64,000 nucleotides of DNA, taken from Malacoraja senta. Its lineage: Eukaryota. The stretch covers positions 4,590,001 to 4,654,000 of the forward strand of contig CM075990.1 in assembly GCA_038087875.1 (NCBI GenBank). Reading direction: 5' to 3'. A model generated the notes under the pieces. That model did not search any database. It was not told the DNA's origin and saw nothing but the letters and a program-made list of their open reading frames with translations. Position numbers and translations under genes: made by a program. Every line of letters starts with the position of its first letter. The first letter of the stretch is position 1. This document shows positions 12,548 to 26,182 of this stretch, piece after piece.

Positions 12548-14589
12548 AGATGACAATTTACAATTTTACCGAAACCAATTAACCTACAAACCTGCTTGCC
12601 TTGTGTGTTGGGGGGGGGGGGGGGGGAGAACCGGAGCACCCAAAGAGAACCCACGCGGTCACAGGGAGAACGTACAAACTCCATACAGACAGCACCCATA
12701 GTCATGATCAAACCTGGGTCTCTGGTGCTCTATGGCAGCAACTCTACCGCTTTGCCACCCAAATTCTAGTCACATAGATTCCATACATGGATTAAAGAGC
12801 AAGTCCCAAGGCGAGTGCAACTGCCCTTTACATCAGTTGACAATTGCATTAAGCATTTGCAGTAAATTTCAGTAGGTCAAAATCAAATAGAAATTCTCCA
12901 CTGGCTGCAGTTATAGCCAACAGAAGATGACAGATGTGAGTGCTTGACGTCAACAATCTTGGCCCCAGATAACAGTGCTAGTGGTCTTCAACGCAGTGTC
13001 CCAAGCACAACCACGATCAGCTGCATCACTGACTTTCAGTCAGTCACAAGATCAGAATTGGCAATGACTACTGACGATTGCATTCGCACCTTTGCAAAAA
13101 AATAATATCTATTTGCCAAGGAAACATTCAGGCTTGGACAACATCCAGCTTGGACTGAGAAAACAACAGAAGATAGACACAAGATGCTGGAGTAACTCAG
13201 CGGGACAGGCAGCATCTCTGGAAGGAATGGGTGACATTTTGGGTCGAGACCCTTCTTCAGACCTTACAGAAAGCAACATCTATATCACCAAAATTTTGGC
13301 CAATAACCTCCACAGAGAGACTCTGTCCAACACGCAATGATGCTAATAACACAATATCCTCCACTGCCAATATTCTTGAGGGACACTACTGACCCACAAC
13401 AACTGCAGCAGCTATATCAATGCCATGGCTAAATATAAAGGGCATAATCTGGGTACTCTGACAATTTTAGGATTCTCCAGCACCTTCCCGCCATTTACAG
13501 GGTGTTAGATGGCAAGCTTGACGGGTGCAGCTCCAACCTCATGCAACTCAATATCACGCAACCAAAAAGTCTTGCTTTATCGACACTCAGTCAATTATGA
13601 TAACACAAAATACACTGCAGCAGCATGTCAGCACTAAACATTGAATTTGCAACCACTACTGCAAAGGACAGGGGCTGCAGGGGCGTGGGGACATATGCAT
13701 GCTTCATTCAAGCCACACACACATTCTATCTTGACAGTATACTGATCACATTTTATTGCCAGTGCATCAAAGTCCTGATGCTCCCTCCGAGGAACGCATC
13801 TTAATAAAGGCAGGTGCAAAGGTGTAATGTGCATGTTAATAAAAGCAAGAATTACAGGTTGCGTGCCTGGCCGTTGGCTCACGTACTTCACGCTTTTATT
13901 AAACAAAAGAAGACTGGTTGTTTTGCATGTCAATAAAATCAGGCATTACAAATTCCCCATTGTATTCCTGTACATGGTTTCTGCTTGCCTCAGCTCCCTC
14001 ACTGACAAAAGGAAGAGCTGTGATCAAACTAGCACTTGCGCCGCTGAGGCAGGGGATGTTTGGGTTAAGGCTCAGTTCGGAGTGTGCTGTACGAATTCTA
14101 ACCTTAATCATATCACTTAACAACTGTTGAACAACCAGTGCACTACAAGGTGGAAAGTAGAAAGGTAGGGGCGAAGTTGATGGTCAGAAGATCGCAATTT
14201 TTTATTTTTTATTATCGATATTAATATATTTCCTGAATGGCATAAATATTTGGCTGTGAATTGCGACTTCTGCAAGGTATAGTATCTTGCCACAATGCTA
14301 ACACTTACATCCAAGTCTAAACATTAGATATTTAAAACAAGTTAAAAAAAAAATATGCAAACAACTCTAAATAGAAATGCGAATTAGTAAGAACAAAACT
14401 ATTCACATTTTTGAATCAAGAATCAGAATAAAACCTTTACTAACATGTTAAATGTCACATTAAACAGGAGTGATCATTGTGTTATTCAGAGGGGCAAAAA
14501 ATGTTTTCCCAGCTATTGCAAGTTTATATCTTTCAAGAGAGGATGAAAAGGTTGTTTCCTTTGAGAGCAAAGGATGAAAGGATAACCTC

Positions 14590-15140
14590 AAAGATTTACG
14601 AGGATGTTGCCAGGAATAGAGGGTCTGAGCTACAGTAAGAGGTTGAGTAGGCTGGGTGTCTATTCCGTGGAGCACAGGAGGATGAGGGGCGATCTTAAAG
14701 TGTATAATATCATGAGAGGAATAGATCGAGTAGATGCACAGTCTCTTTACCAGAGTTGGTGAATCGAGGACCAGAGGGTTTTGGTTTAAGGTGAAGAGGA
14801 AAAAAATTAATAGGAATCGGAGGGGTAACTTTTTCACACAAAGGGTGGTGGATGTATGGAACGAGCTGCCAGAGGAGGTAGTTGAGGCAGGGACTATCCC
14901 AACGTTTAATAGACAATAGACAATAGGTGCAGGAGTAGGCCATTTGGCCCTTCGAGCCAGCAATGTGATCATGGCTGATCATCCCCAATCAGTACCCCGT
15001 TCCTGCCTTCTCCCATAGACCCCTAATATTTAAGAAACAGTTAGACAGGTACATGATTAGGACAGGTTTGAAGGAATATGGGCCAAACATAGGCGGGTGG
15101 GACTAGTGTAGCTGGGGCATGTTGGCCAGTGTATGACTCG
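14590..15140 (+). mobile_element. CR1-type LINE 3' fragment with a nested inverted CR1 tail at ~14910-15025
   Basis: ESRTRG...KVKRKKINRNRRGNFFTQRVVDVWNELPEEVVEAG. Confidence 0.8.
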
Positions 15141-15775
15141 ATAAGAAGCATGGTCAGCATGTTTCAACGTGGTGACAGTGCGGCCATCAATATCAGAAAG
15201 CAGTCAAGAAATCAAATAGGGGATTTAGAAGAAAAACGTTTCCTGATCTGCAGATGGCGCTTGCTCGTACCATGTTATCTGAAGGGAATCTATCAGTTGC
15301 ATTTGAAGGAAAACTAGATGAACACACGAGGAAGGGATTAGAGGCATTAAGGGATTATGGCAATAGTGCTAAGTGAGAGGTTGGACTGAATGGTGTAATT
15401 CTGCACTGTATATTTTGAACCAAGCTTTGTAATGGAGATGCCACTCTCCAATTCAAGTGACTGCAAAAGATTGCATGGTTCATTTTAGGAGGGGAGTAAT
15501 CCGAGTCACTTGAGTAATATCCACCCTTCAACTTCACTCATCCATCCCTTTGTAGTTATTTGAAATCCTGTGTGCAAAAGAGTGGCCATATTGCGCTATT
15601 GAACTGTTTTCGGGAAGTCCACGATTAACAATGGAGCATTTTAGGATCCACAAAGCCTCGATTAAACACAAAGCCAATTTTTTTTCTAAATTAAATGCTG
15701 AAATCAAGGTAATTTGAATAATTCCAGGCTTCATCGTGCACAGAACAATAATGGTAGAAGAGGCCACTGTTGTCA

Positions 15776-15910
<135 letters not shown>

Positions 15911-17589
15911 CTATTAAAAAATAATAGGCAGAAATAATAATAAGAAATAAACAATATGAAATGGTCAGTCAGTCCAGATTAAGATATTATTTCTGTCTCA
16001 AGCTTTTTCTAAACCCGATGAAAAGGTTGTTGATGTTTCACTTCAATGTTTCTCGCTCCCATGCTGCTTATCTACTGACATTTTATTTTTATTCAGGAGA
16101 CAAGATGTTCTTGTTAAAATGGGTATCGCCACATTCTCAGACTAGGAGGCTCAAGAGTTCACTTGCGTGTTTCAAAATTGGGAGGTAGAAAAGGCCACTA
16201 AAAATCCATTTAGTTTCAAACTATGTTTTAAATCATGCAATTTGTATTTAAGCATTGCTCCGTCCCCCCCCACCCCCCCCAGACTTTAAACATTTTCAGT
16301 TAGAATTCATTTATTGTTTTTTTACCTCCCAATCAGGCTATTAAACACTAGAACCTCCATTAAGCTCTGAACTACATACACTGATATTGTTATTATTGTA
16401 GGGTTTTTTTTTGCGTGTGCGTATATATGTGTGCGTACGTGTGTGTGTGTGTGCGCGTGTACATGTGTGCCTGCGTGTGTATGTGTAAGTATGTGTATAT
16501 ATACACAGAACGTTTTATCGTTTATTATATAGTCTACAGTGTACTATGTTTACATATTCTGTTGTGCTGCAGCAAGTAAGAATGTCATTGTTCTATCTGG
16601 GACACATGACAATAAAACACTCTCGACTCTCGGCTTTCATTTTAGTTAAGTTAGCAAATCATCAGCTCTTAATTGCATTTTAGTCTGATAAGTATTTGAA
16701 TATCAGTTTCAATTTTATTCACAGAAGTGGTAAATTGGTCATAGATGAACCATTATCTTTAGCGGATACTTTTTCAGAACAACAGGATGCACTGGTCATT
16801 CTTATCTGCAGATTTACAATGCTCTCGTAAAGATTGAGCAACATTATAGAATGGAATCACAGCAATACTGTGGCTCACTAAATAAGATAATACTGTTTTT
16901 AAAGGATAATTATTCCATTCCTAGGTCATTCAAATTTTACATAAGGCTGACGATACAATCAATAGGAAAAGAGAATGGTGGGTCTTACTCAGTGTAATGC
17001 TCATTGTCCGAGAACTCTAATAATGTTAAACCGATCTTGACATCATTTCCACCATTGCTTCCAGTTCAATATTAACTGAGGAGATTGGCTTCTAAATAAT
17101 ATGGAAAACCATGCATAACCTATCGGTGAACCAGTTGCCCTTGGAAATATTTTCAATGAGGTACAAATTCTGCACGTTGTATCACAAGATAAAGCAATTT
17201 ACCGAATGTCGTCTTAAGTCTTTGCAGACTTTGTTTTACCCTTGTGGGAACTCCTGCCTCTACCAGAGAAAGACTGAGGCAGAGTTCCCACAATGGGCAA
17301 CACAAAAAGTTGGCAAAGATTCAAGGCAGCAGCTCAGTCCCAAAGGCAATGAGGGATGGCTAATACATGCTTGCATTTCCTGAGCTTATCATGAGCAGTG
17401 ACTTGGCCACCTCCTCTATCTGAAGAGGAACTATTGAGCTTCAATCAACACTAGTCTCTGACCATGCTCAGCAGTAACTCCCTCAGCTCACACTTCTATA
17501 TTAGCAAATCGCCTGAGTTATTCTATTGGCGTTCTGGTTAAACCAAAAGTGCAACACTGCCTTATAAGAAAATAACTGCAGGAGCTGCC

Positions 17590-17960
17590 ACATTTGTCTA
17601 TTCACCTCTTTCCTTCCCACCATCCAGTGTCCCCATCAGTCTTTCCAGGTGAAGTAGTGATTCATTTGCAGTTCTTCTAAATTTAGTGTACTGACTTCAG
17701 TACTCACAACGTTACCTCAACATTGGAGAAACCAAACTCGGAAGGGGTGACTATTTTGCAGAGAAGCTGCACTCAGTCTGCAGGACTGACTCTGTGCATC
17801 CAGGTGCCTGCCATGCTGTGCCCCATCCTACCTCCATTCTGTGTGGGCCCATCCGCACTGTTATAAGGCCCAGTGCAAGTCTGATGAACAATAGCATCAT
17901 CCACCTGGACACACTGCAGCCATAGCGACTCAATAGCAAGTTCCTCAATTTTAGATAACT
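17590..17960 (+). mobile_element. Degraded Penelope-like GIY-YIG fragment
   Basis: Colinear, diverged similarity to 45830-46215 (cagtctttccaggtg...cattggagaaaccaa...gaacaatagcatcatc). Confidence 0.6.
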
Positions 17961-18424
17961 CGCTCTTTTTGCATCAGACCGTCATCTGTTTGGCTGATGT
18001 GTTTAATTCCATTCCTGTTGTCTTGTAGACATCTCCTACAGCCTCACTATTAACAACATTTAAAAGCATAAAGTGCTTGGAAATGCCCCACTAATCCATT
18101 TAGTCTCATCCCATCAGATATATTTTATTTGTCCTACCCATAGGACATAGAATTAGGCCATTTGGCCCATTGGGCCTGTTCCACCGTACAAGCATGGCTG
18201 ATCTGTTTTTCTCTCTCAACCCCCTTCTCCTGCCTTCTCCATGTAACCTTTGCCACCCTTACTGATCAAGAACCTATCATTCTCCGTTTTCAATGGCATC
18301 CACCTTTTCCCTGCTATTTGAAACCAACTTTTAATCCTGACAGAATAATGGTTTGCTCATTCACCCATTGTTCTGAGGGTTTCCTCAGGGTGCGCCTGTT
18401 TCCACCAACATCCCAAAGACATGT

Positions 18425-18632
18425 AGGAGGGAACTGCAGATGCTGGTTTACACCGAAGATGGACACAAAATGCTGGAGTAACTCAGCGGGTCAGGCAGCA
18501 TCTCTGGAGAAAAGGAATAGGTGACGCTTTGGGTCAAAGTCTGAAGAAGTGTCTCAACTCGGAACGCCACCTATTCCTTTTCTCCAGAGATGCTGACTGA
18601 CCAGCTGAGTTACTCCAGCATTTTGAGTCTAT
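18425..18632. repeat. Representative palindromic repeat made of inverted Penelope terminal repeats; similar at ~6970-7075, 19655-19850, 19880-20095, 20703-20945, 31470-31692, 36880-37120, 46575-46765, 58630-58842
   Basis: acacaaaatgctggagtaactcagc...gctgagttactccagcattttg around a central ctgaagaa motif; same sequence as the 3' end of the Penelope element at 46310-46440. Confidence 0.8.
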
Positions 18633-19148
18633 CTGAACCCCAACTACCTTGTGCTGGGTTATTTTGGCTGCAGAATATTATCCTCAGTGGGTGGCAAGAG
18701 AAGCAGGGTGGAATTGATGGGAAATGGGAAGTATAGGTTGCAGGGAAATGTGGCGGAATGGGATTGCTCCAAGAGCCAGCATGGACTCAATGGGCTGAAT
18801 GGTCTCATACAATGGCGCAAAATATTAAAAAACAAATGTAAAAATTCACCTTAATTTTCAGGTGATATTTCCTGCATTGCTATAATTCATGCAAACCTCT
18901 AGGCATTTAACATTGCCCAACCATAACGGGGATTTTCTTTTAGGCATTTAACATTCCCCGACCATAATGGGGATTTTTCTTTTAATTGCCTATACAACAA
19001 TGAGCGCAGTATCTGTAAGAAAATAGGCGAACTGGAACCAAAAATCCAAATGTATTATGGATACTAAATCTTGCTACATAATGAAAAGTAGTTAGTAACC
19101 ATTACAGGAATATGTCAGAAAGGTGCAGAATCATAAGCCTGTTATTAA

Positions 19149-19344
19149 TGGCCCTGTCCCACGGGCAGGCGGTTACTGGTGGTGAAGCACGGTGTAGCAG
19201 GAAGTGGGGACCGCACATGGCCCGCGGGGTTGGTCCCACGCAGACCGCCGGACCCGTATGTAGTTGGTCCCAACACCGCGCGGTGCTCGCTTCCGGGGGC
19301 GCGCGCTTCACCGCCAGTAACTGCCTGCCCGTGGGACAGGGCCT
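19149..19344. mobile_element. PIF/Harbinger-type MITE
   Basis: TAA TSD; ~40-bp TIR TGGCCCTGTCCCACGGGCAGGC.../...CTGCCTGCCCGTGGGACAGGGCCT. Confidence 0.88.
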
Positions 19345-20514
19345 TAACACATCCAATAAAAACTGACACACTTGCCTTTGGTAGCAACCCAACCTGAAAC
19401 ACATTACTTTCACACAACTCTAAACTATTTTAGTATAGGAAAAAATTGGATAAGTTAGCAATAACATGCTGCGTTCAACACGCATTCTTTTCTGCCCACC
19501 CATTCTTTGCCGTGTCATTTTCATTTTGACACTTTTTCCGAACACAACTTTATGATTCACAGCTTTTCCCATCTTCGATGTGACCAATTCCATCGCTCTA
19601 GCAGGTAAAACCTGCAGCATCAACGGCAGACAAGTCTTCCCAGGCAGACACACAAGTGACTGCAGATGCTGGAATTTAGAGCAAAAATAAACAAAGTGCT
19701 GGAAGAACTCAGCAGGTCAGGCAGCATAGGTGGAGGGAATGGACAGAGTTTCAGGTCAGTCGGGATCCTCCCTGACCCGAAACGTCGTTTGACCACTCCC
19801 TCCATAGATGCTGCCTGACCTGCTGAGTTCCATCAGCACTGTGTCCTTTTTTGAATGTAAATAAGACCTTGCAAGACTTGAGCAAAACACAAAGTACTGG
19901 AGGAGCCCTGCAGGTCAGGCAGCATTTCTGGAGAACATGGTTAGGTGGCGATTCAGGTCATGACCATTCTTCAGGGCCTGAAGAAGGGTCCTGACCAAAA
20001 ATGTCACCTACCCATGTTCTCCAGACATGCTGGCTGTCCACTGAGTAACTCCACAACTGTGCCGTTCTGTATGAACCAGCATCTGTAGTTCCTTGATTTT
20101 TTTTATTTTTTATTTTCATTCAGTTAGTCTACATTTGACCCGATTTGCATTTAAAATTATATTCAGGATTATATTCCAAGTCTCAGTATGTATTTGTGGT
20201 TAAACCAGGACATTAGAGGACTGAATTACAGCACAGGTTCTTCAGCTTAACTCATTCATGCCGGCCAAGGAGACTTCCAGACTTAGTCCCATTTGACAAC
20301 ATTTGGCCCCCAATCATTTTTCCTATCAAACTACCTGTCCAAACGCCTTTTAAACATTATAATTGTATCCATCTCGGTTTCCTCTGGCAGCTTGCTCCAT
20401 TTACCCATCGCCCACAGTGTAATAAAGACTTAAATTCATCGGTTTTGCTGTCCATTGGATTCGGGGACAGGGCTGGAGGTTTGGGTGAAGAGGGGACATG
20501 TCCCAAAGACTCAC

Positions 20515-20606
20515 CGCTATTCTGGCTTGGAATTCCGCTGTGGGAACAACTGGTATTGTGCCACCGTGCTTGCCAAACTTCCTCTCCAAGCTTTCCTGGA
20601 CAGACA
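20515..20606 (-). CDS. GLUD1: GLUD1 internal exon (92 bp, equivalent to human exon 11; antenna region)
   Basis: cctcag|(M)[30 protein letters not shown]|gtgagt; phase-compatible with the previous exon. Confidence 0.97.
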
Positions 20607-21328
20607 CTGAGGGGTAAAGAAAATATCAGTTAAAATTCAGTTGGAAATATCTGGCATCTACCAATTTCCTTTCATCCAAAGCAGGATGATACCAAGTGTG
20701 TCGGAAGGAACTGCAGATGCTGGTTTATACCGTAGATACAAACTGCTGGAGTAACTCAGTAGGTCAGGCAGCAACTCTAGAGAAAAGGAACAGATGATAT
20801 TTTGGGTAGGAACCCATCTTCAGACAAATACATACTGAGAATCGAGTCCAAAGAAGGGTTCCGACACCAATCTTCACCTATTCTTTTTCTCCAGATATGC
20901 TGCCTGACCCGCTGAGTTACTCCACCATGTTGTGTCTATCTTCTAGATCAAGGGTTCCCAACCTGGGATAAAACCTGAAAGACACCAAGCCTGAAACTGT
21001 ACTTTCATAATGACCCGACTAGAACCCTAGATAAATGTATTTATTTTCTCTGCTGGATTATAACCAAGATAATTGGAGAAAGGTTTCAAGACAGTGACTC
21101 CTCAAATATGACTCCTTCACAGCAGACATTACTACTTTCGTTCAGAAAGGATTCAAACTCGATATCTAAAATTGAAGTCTTCTCTTTCCAACCTCCAATA
21201 CTAATGAGAATGGGAATCTAAATAGGATTTAGGCTGCGAGCACCTTACCCAAATGATATGTCCGCTTAGTTACTCCAGCACTCTGTGTCTTTTTTTAATG
21301 TAAACCAACATCGGCTGTTCCTTGTACA

Positions 21329-24060
21329 CAGGGCTCGAAATTAGCGGTTGCCCGGGTGCCCCTGACCACTCAAAGCGCTGCCGGGCAACCTAAACGCCGA
21401 GTCATTTTGCCCGGCTTGGCAACCAGATACTGGTTTGTACCGAAGATAGACACAAAAAACTGGAGTAACTCCGCGGGTCAGGCAGCATCCCTGGAGAAAA
21501 GGAACGCAACGTGTTGTGTCGGTGACGGCTGTGTTGCGGGGCAAATATACTAGGTGCGGGGTGAGGAAGGGTCGGAGTGAATGACGGGCCCCGAACAGCG
21601 GCAGCAGCGGCCGCGACAGCGGCTCCACCGCCTCCCCCTCCCTGACAGTGGTCGCTGCTTGTTTCAAAACAAACCCTCCCGCACGCCGAGGCCTCCCCCT
21701 CCCTCCTCCCGGCCTCGGCGTGCGGGAAGGTTTGTTTTGAAAAAAGCAGCGGCCGCGATCAGGGAGGAGGAGGCGATGGAGCCGCTGTCGCAGCCGCTGC
21801 TGCCGCTGTTCGGGGCCCGTCATTCGCTCTGACTCGTCTGAAGCAGCTGCACCAAAGATCCTATAGCTATAGGATCTCTGAGCTGCACCGCTTGGCCCCG
21901 CACCTTGCTGTTGGCTGGCGGAGGAGGGAGGCGGTGGCGAGGAGTTCCCAACGGCCAAGGCAGCGGGGCGATGTTGTCTGAGGAGCAGACCTTGCTTCCT
22001 CCCCACCTCGCTCCCTCTCTCTCTCTCTCTCTCTCTCCCTCTCTCTTGTACCCCCCCTCCACCCCCCCTTATCCTGGGACCCCTCCACTCCATCCCACAC
22101 TGATCCCCATTCCGCCCTCTATTCAGTCCTCACTGACCTCGCCTGTGCTCCCCTCCCCATCAATCCCCCCCCCCCATCTATTCATCCTGCGCTGATCACC
22201 CTATCCACCTCGCATTGATTCTCCTCCCACCACCTCCCCCCCCATCCATCCTCCACTGGTTCACCAATTCACCATGTACTTGCCCCTTTCCCATCCATCC
22301 TGCACTTCTCCTCCATCCATCCTGTACTGATCCCCCATCCTTCCTGTACTAATCCACGCATTCATCCCGTACTAACCCACCCTCCATTTACCCTGCACCT
22401 TCCCCCTTCCACTCATTCATCCTGTAGTGATCCCCCATTAATCCTGCACAGACCCTCCGATCCACACTGTACTGACCCCCCTCCCCCATTCATCCAGCGC
22501 TGATCCCCCCCCCCCATCCATCCTGTACTGATCCTCCCATTCAAGAATGGGGGGAACAGTCTGAAGAAGGGTCTCGACCCTAAATGTTGCCTATATCCTT
22601 CGCTCCATAGATGCTGCCTCATCCGCTCAGTTTCTCCAGCACTCTTGTCTACCACCATCCATCCTGTACTGAACCCCCCCATTCAACACCACTGACATCC
22701 CCCGTGCTTTCCCCTCACAATTTTACCTACTCAAACCAACACGTACTAATTCACCTGCCTCAATCCATCCATTCTGCACCGACTTCCTTCTAAACCCCCC
22801 CCCCCTCCATCTATCCACCCTGCACTGATTCACACACACCCCCCTCCCCGACCCTATTGTGCTGGAAATGTCTTCAGAGCGGACATTGACTATGTTTGAT
22901 AACGAAATGCAATCAAATGTGTTTTAATTCCCAATGTTATTATTTGTTTTAATCCATAAAGATCGATTAATTAAATTGTGAACACGTGAAACATTAAAAC
23001 CGCAGTGTTCGATTGTCACTGCTGCCGTTGACACGTTATTACAGAATTAATTTTAACGGCAAATCAATGCTCTTAATATGGAGTATCAGTACTGTCGTTA
23101 TTTAATGAGCAACATTCACAACTATACTTTGGATTTATCCAGGTTTTACTTCTACAGTCAATCATATACATCACAAATTTGGTCAGGAGATATTTCAGTT
23201 GAAATTTTAACGTTAATTCTGAAGTGGGAATGATGGAAACAGCGTTTATCAATAATTTTTTTTTAAATCTGGTGCTTACAAACTGGGTATCTTCATTGCT
23301 GTTCACAACACGTACAATTAATCTGAATGTCCGGTAATGTGGCGTCTTGACACCTTTAAATATATTACCAAAAGAACATTTGCTGCAGTTATGTCCTTTG
23401 GCCATCTCTTGTCAGCTAGTGTAATGTTTAACCTGTCAGATGGATATAGTTGGTTTTAACAGCTATTATCATAAAATGCCTGTAGAAATGTCCTTGCAAC
23501 CTGTATATTTTGTTGTGGATAAATTATGTGGGAAGCGAGAGTGTTTCTGTACCAATAGCAATAACGACCCATGCTATGGCCATGTTATGGTAATTTTCGG
23601 TCCTTCACAGAAAACATGCTTGCATCAATCAATCTGTAGTGTGCATGGTAAGCATATATGTTACCATGGTCCAGGATTTATTGACACAGGTTGAACATAC
23701 GCTGAATAATCCAACCACATTGTTGTTTGGAAGTGGAAAGAACTAATAGAAATTGCATTAATTGCAATGTGTAAAAATAGTTGAGATACTGTCTTATAAT
23801 TTTGCTGCATGTCATTGTGGGATATATCATGTCTTGATTGGTGAATATGTTTAGTTTGTGACTTTATTTGAAGCAGAAATAATATGTGAATGCTTCATTG
23901 AGTATAATTCCGACTGGTAACTACGCACTTCGTCCGAGCACATTATCGCACGCGTCATGCAAGCCGTCTTAAATTACCACCTAAACTGTCAGTTGGCAAC
24001 CTAAAAAGCTACCAAGGTTGCCCGGCTGGCAACAGGGAAAAAAGTTAAGCGAGAGCCCTG
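21329..24060. mobile_element. ~2.7-kb non-autonomous hAT-like element with nested repeats, in the GLUD1 intron between exons 10 and 11
   Basis: Ends CAGGGCTC/GAGCCCTG; subterminal GGTTGCC/GGCAAC motifs at both ends; flanks TGTACA/TGTATA (possible 6-bp TSD). Confidence 0.65.
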
Positions 24061-24290
24061 TGTATATCCCACTCCCAACCACACCTCACCCGCTCACCTC
24101 CCCACACACCCCTCCCACGCCACTCCCCACCCCCTTATAGTTCTTCCTCTGCCCAATTTAAGGCTTGCAACACCATTTTAGCAGCAGAGCAAAATAAACG
24201 TCAATTCATTCTAAAAATCACAAGACCACTTTCGCTGCTCACCACGGTAGTGACCTTCAGCACTGTGCTCGTAAATTCACACAAGCATCA

Positions 24291-24521
<231 letters not shown>

Positions 24522-25168
24522 TCAAGATCTTATTCCCAAATTCTGCATAGGGAAAGGCAGGGGATTAGTTGCTACCAACTAGACACCTCTGCTCACACTG
24601 GTTCCTGCTCTCATTCAGGAGATTAGACTAAAAACACAAATTAAGTTAAATTATTTCAGTAGATACCTTTGAGGAAAAGTGGCATTAACATGCAAAAGAG
24701 CCCAGTAGGAGAAAGGCAGGTGCTTGTACTGTGTTGGCTTCATTCATTTATGAGACTGCCATGTGGAGCGGAATTGATGGGCCTATTTCTGCTCCTGTGT
24801 CTTATGGAGAATAAGGCACTTTTTTTTTTAAACAGGTCACTAATCTGCTACTGAAGCCCGTTTCACACGACGAACAAAAACTGGTTTTCCTCACTTAGTT
24901 TGTGAATTTTTCCTAAATTACTCAAGGGAAGAGAGTGGAATTTTAATTTCGAAGGGAAGTCAAGTCAAGTCAAAATATCTCCATATCAAAGCCACAGAAA
25001 ATCCACCCAATTGTACTGACTAACACAAAAGTCACAGGAAGCTCACTGCAAGCAAAACAAGAAAATAACTAAAAGGTCACTTCCGAATAGATCACTACAA
25101 ATCAGCAGCCATTAACAAATAACGTCAGTAGCCACGAGCATGAAACAGAAAGCCAGGCCACAACTCAC

Positions 25169-25249
25169 TGGAATAACCATGATATTCCTTTCCATGCAGA
25201 TCTTGTCAGCTTCTGGAGTCATTGGCCCATTGGCACCCTCGGCAATAAT
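25169..25249 (-). CDS. GLUD1: GLUD1 internal exon (81 bp, equivalent to human exon 9)
   Basis: ttccag|[27 protein letters not shown]|gtgagt. Confidence 0.95.
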
Positions 25250-25689
25250 CTGGAAAGTAAATGATTGGAATTGTTACAAATGAAAACCTAAATATTTCCT
25301 TCCTTTCCGCTGTGACCGCAGCTCTTTTCTTCAAAAGTACTGCAGCCTCCTCTAGTCCTTCAAGCTCAGATCTTCAAGCTTCTTCAATTCTGTTCTCATG
25401 TGCACTCCTTGGCCCACAACAATAGCAATACTGATCACATTATCACGAGAGTGACAAATGTTAAGATAAATCTAATGTCTTCCATTATCTCAATGGTCGT
25501 TACATTGTGTACATGCTGAAAAGGAGTAAAGCAAGAACTTCCCGTTCACTTGATCTTGCACACAAGGACATGACAGAGAGAAGAATAAAAGTTGGACAGA
25601 AAGTGCGCGTTTTTTAAAAAACTGGTGGTACCACAGAAGAGTGTCTGTGTGTGTGATAAATCTCCCGAGAGACAGAAGCAAAAACAATC

Positions 25690-26155
25690 CCAGAGATGAC
25701 TGGGTTAATATACGAGGAGTGTTTGATGGCTCTGGGCCTGTACACACGAGAGTTTAGAAGGATGAGCGGGTTCTCATTGAAACCGGCCAAATACTGAAAG
25801 GCCTAGATAGAATGGATGAGGAGAGGATGCTTCCAATAGTGGATAATCTACTACCCTAGTGCACAGCCTCAGAATAAAAGGATGCATCTTTAGAATAAAG
25901 ATGAGGAACTTCTTAAGTCAGAGGGTAGTGAATCTGTGAAATTAATTGCCACAGACAGTACTAGAGGCCAAATCATTTGGTACTTTTAAAGTGGAGATTG
26001 ATAGGTTCTTGATTAGTAAGTGCATCAAAGGTAACAGGGGAGAAAGTAGGAAAATGGGGTTGAGGGGGAAAATAGATCAGCCATGATCGAATGGCAGGAC
26101 AGACTCGATGGGCCAAATGGCCTAATCTCTACTTCTATCATTTATGGTCTTATGA
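25690..26155 (+). mobile_element. CR1-type LINE 3' fragment
   Basis: Colinear with 2070-2420 plus the 3' UTR. Confidence 0.8.
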
Positions 26156-26182
26156 TCCAAAACATTTCAACCAGAAGACAGC

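Noticed and set aside
11937..12711. Long ORFs (up to 254 aa) on both strands; superficially CRISPR-like array
   Set aside because: Products of a stop-free 19-bp minisatellite; no unique spacers and a eukaryotic intronic context
18900..18981. ~40-bp tandem duplication
   Set aside because: Ordinary local duplication with no functional signal
21341..22093. 250-aa minus-strand ORF
   Set aside because: Runs through a GC-rich palindrome and simple repeats of a non-autonomous element; low complexity
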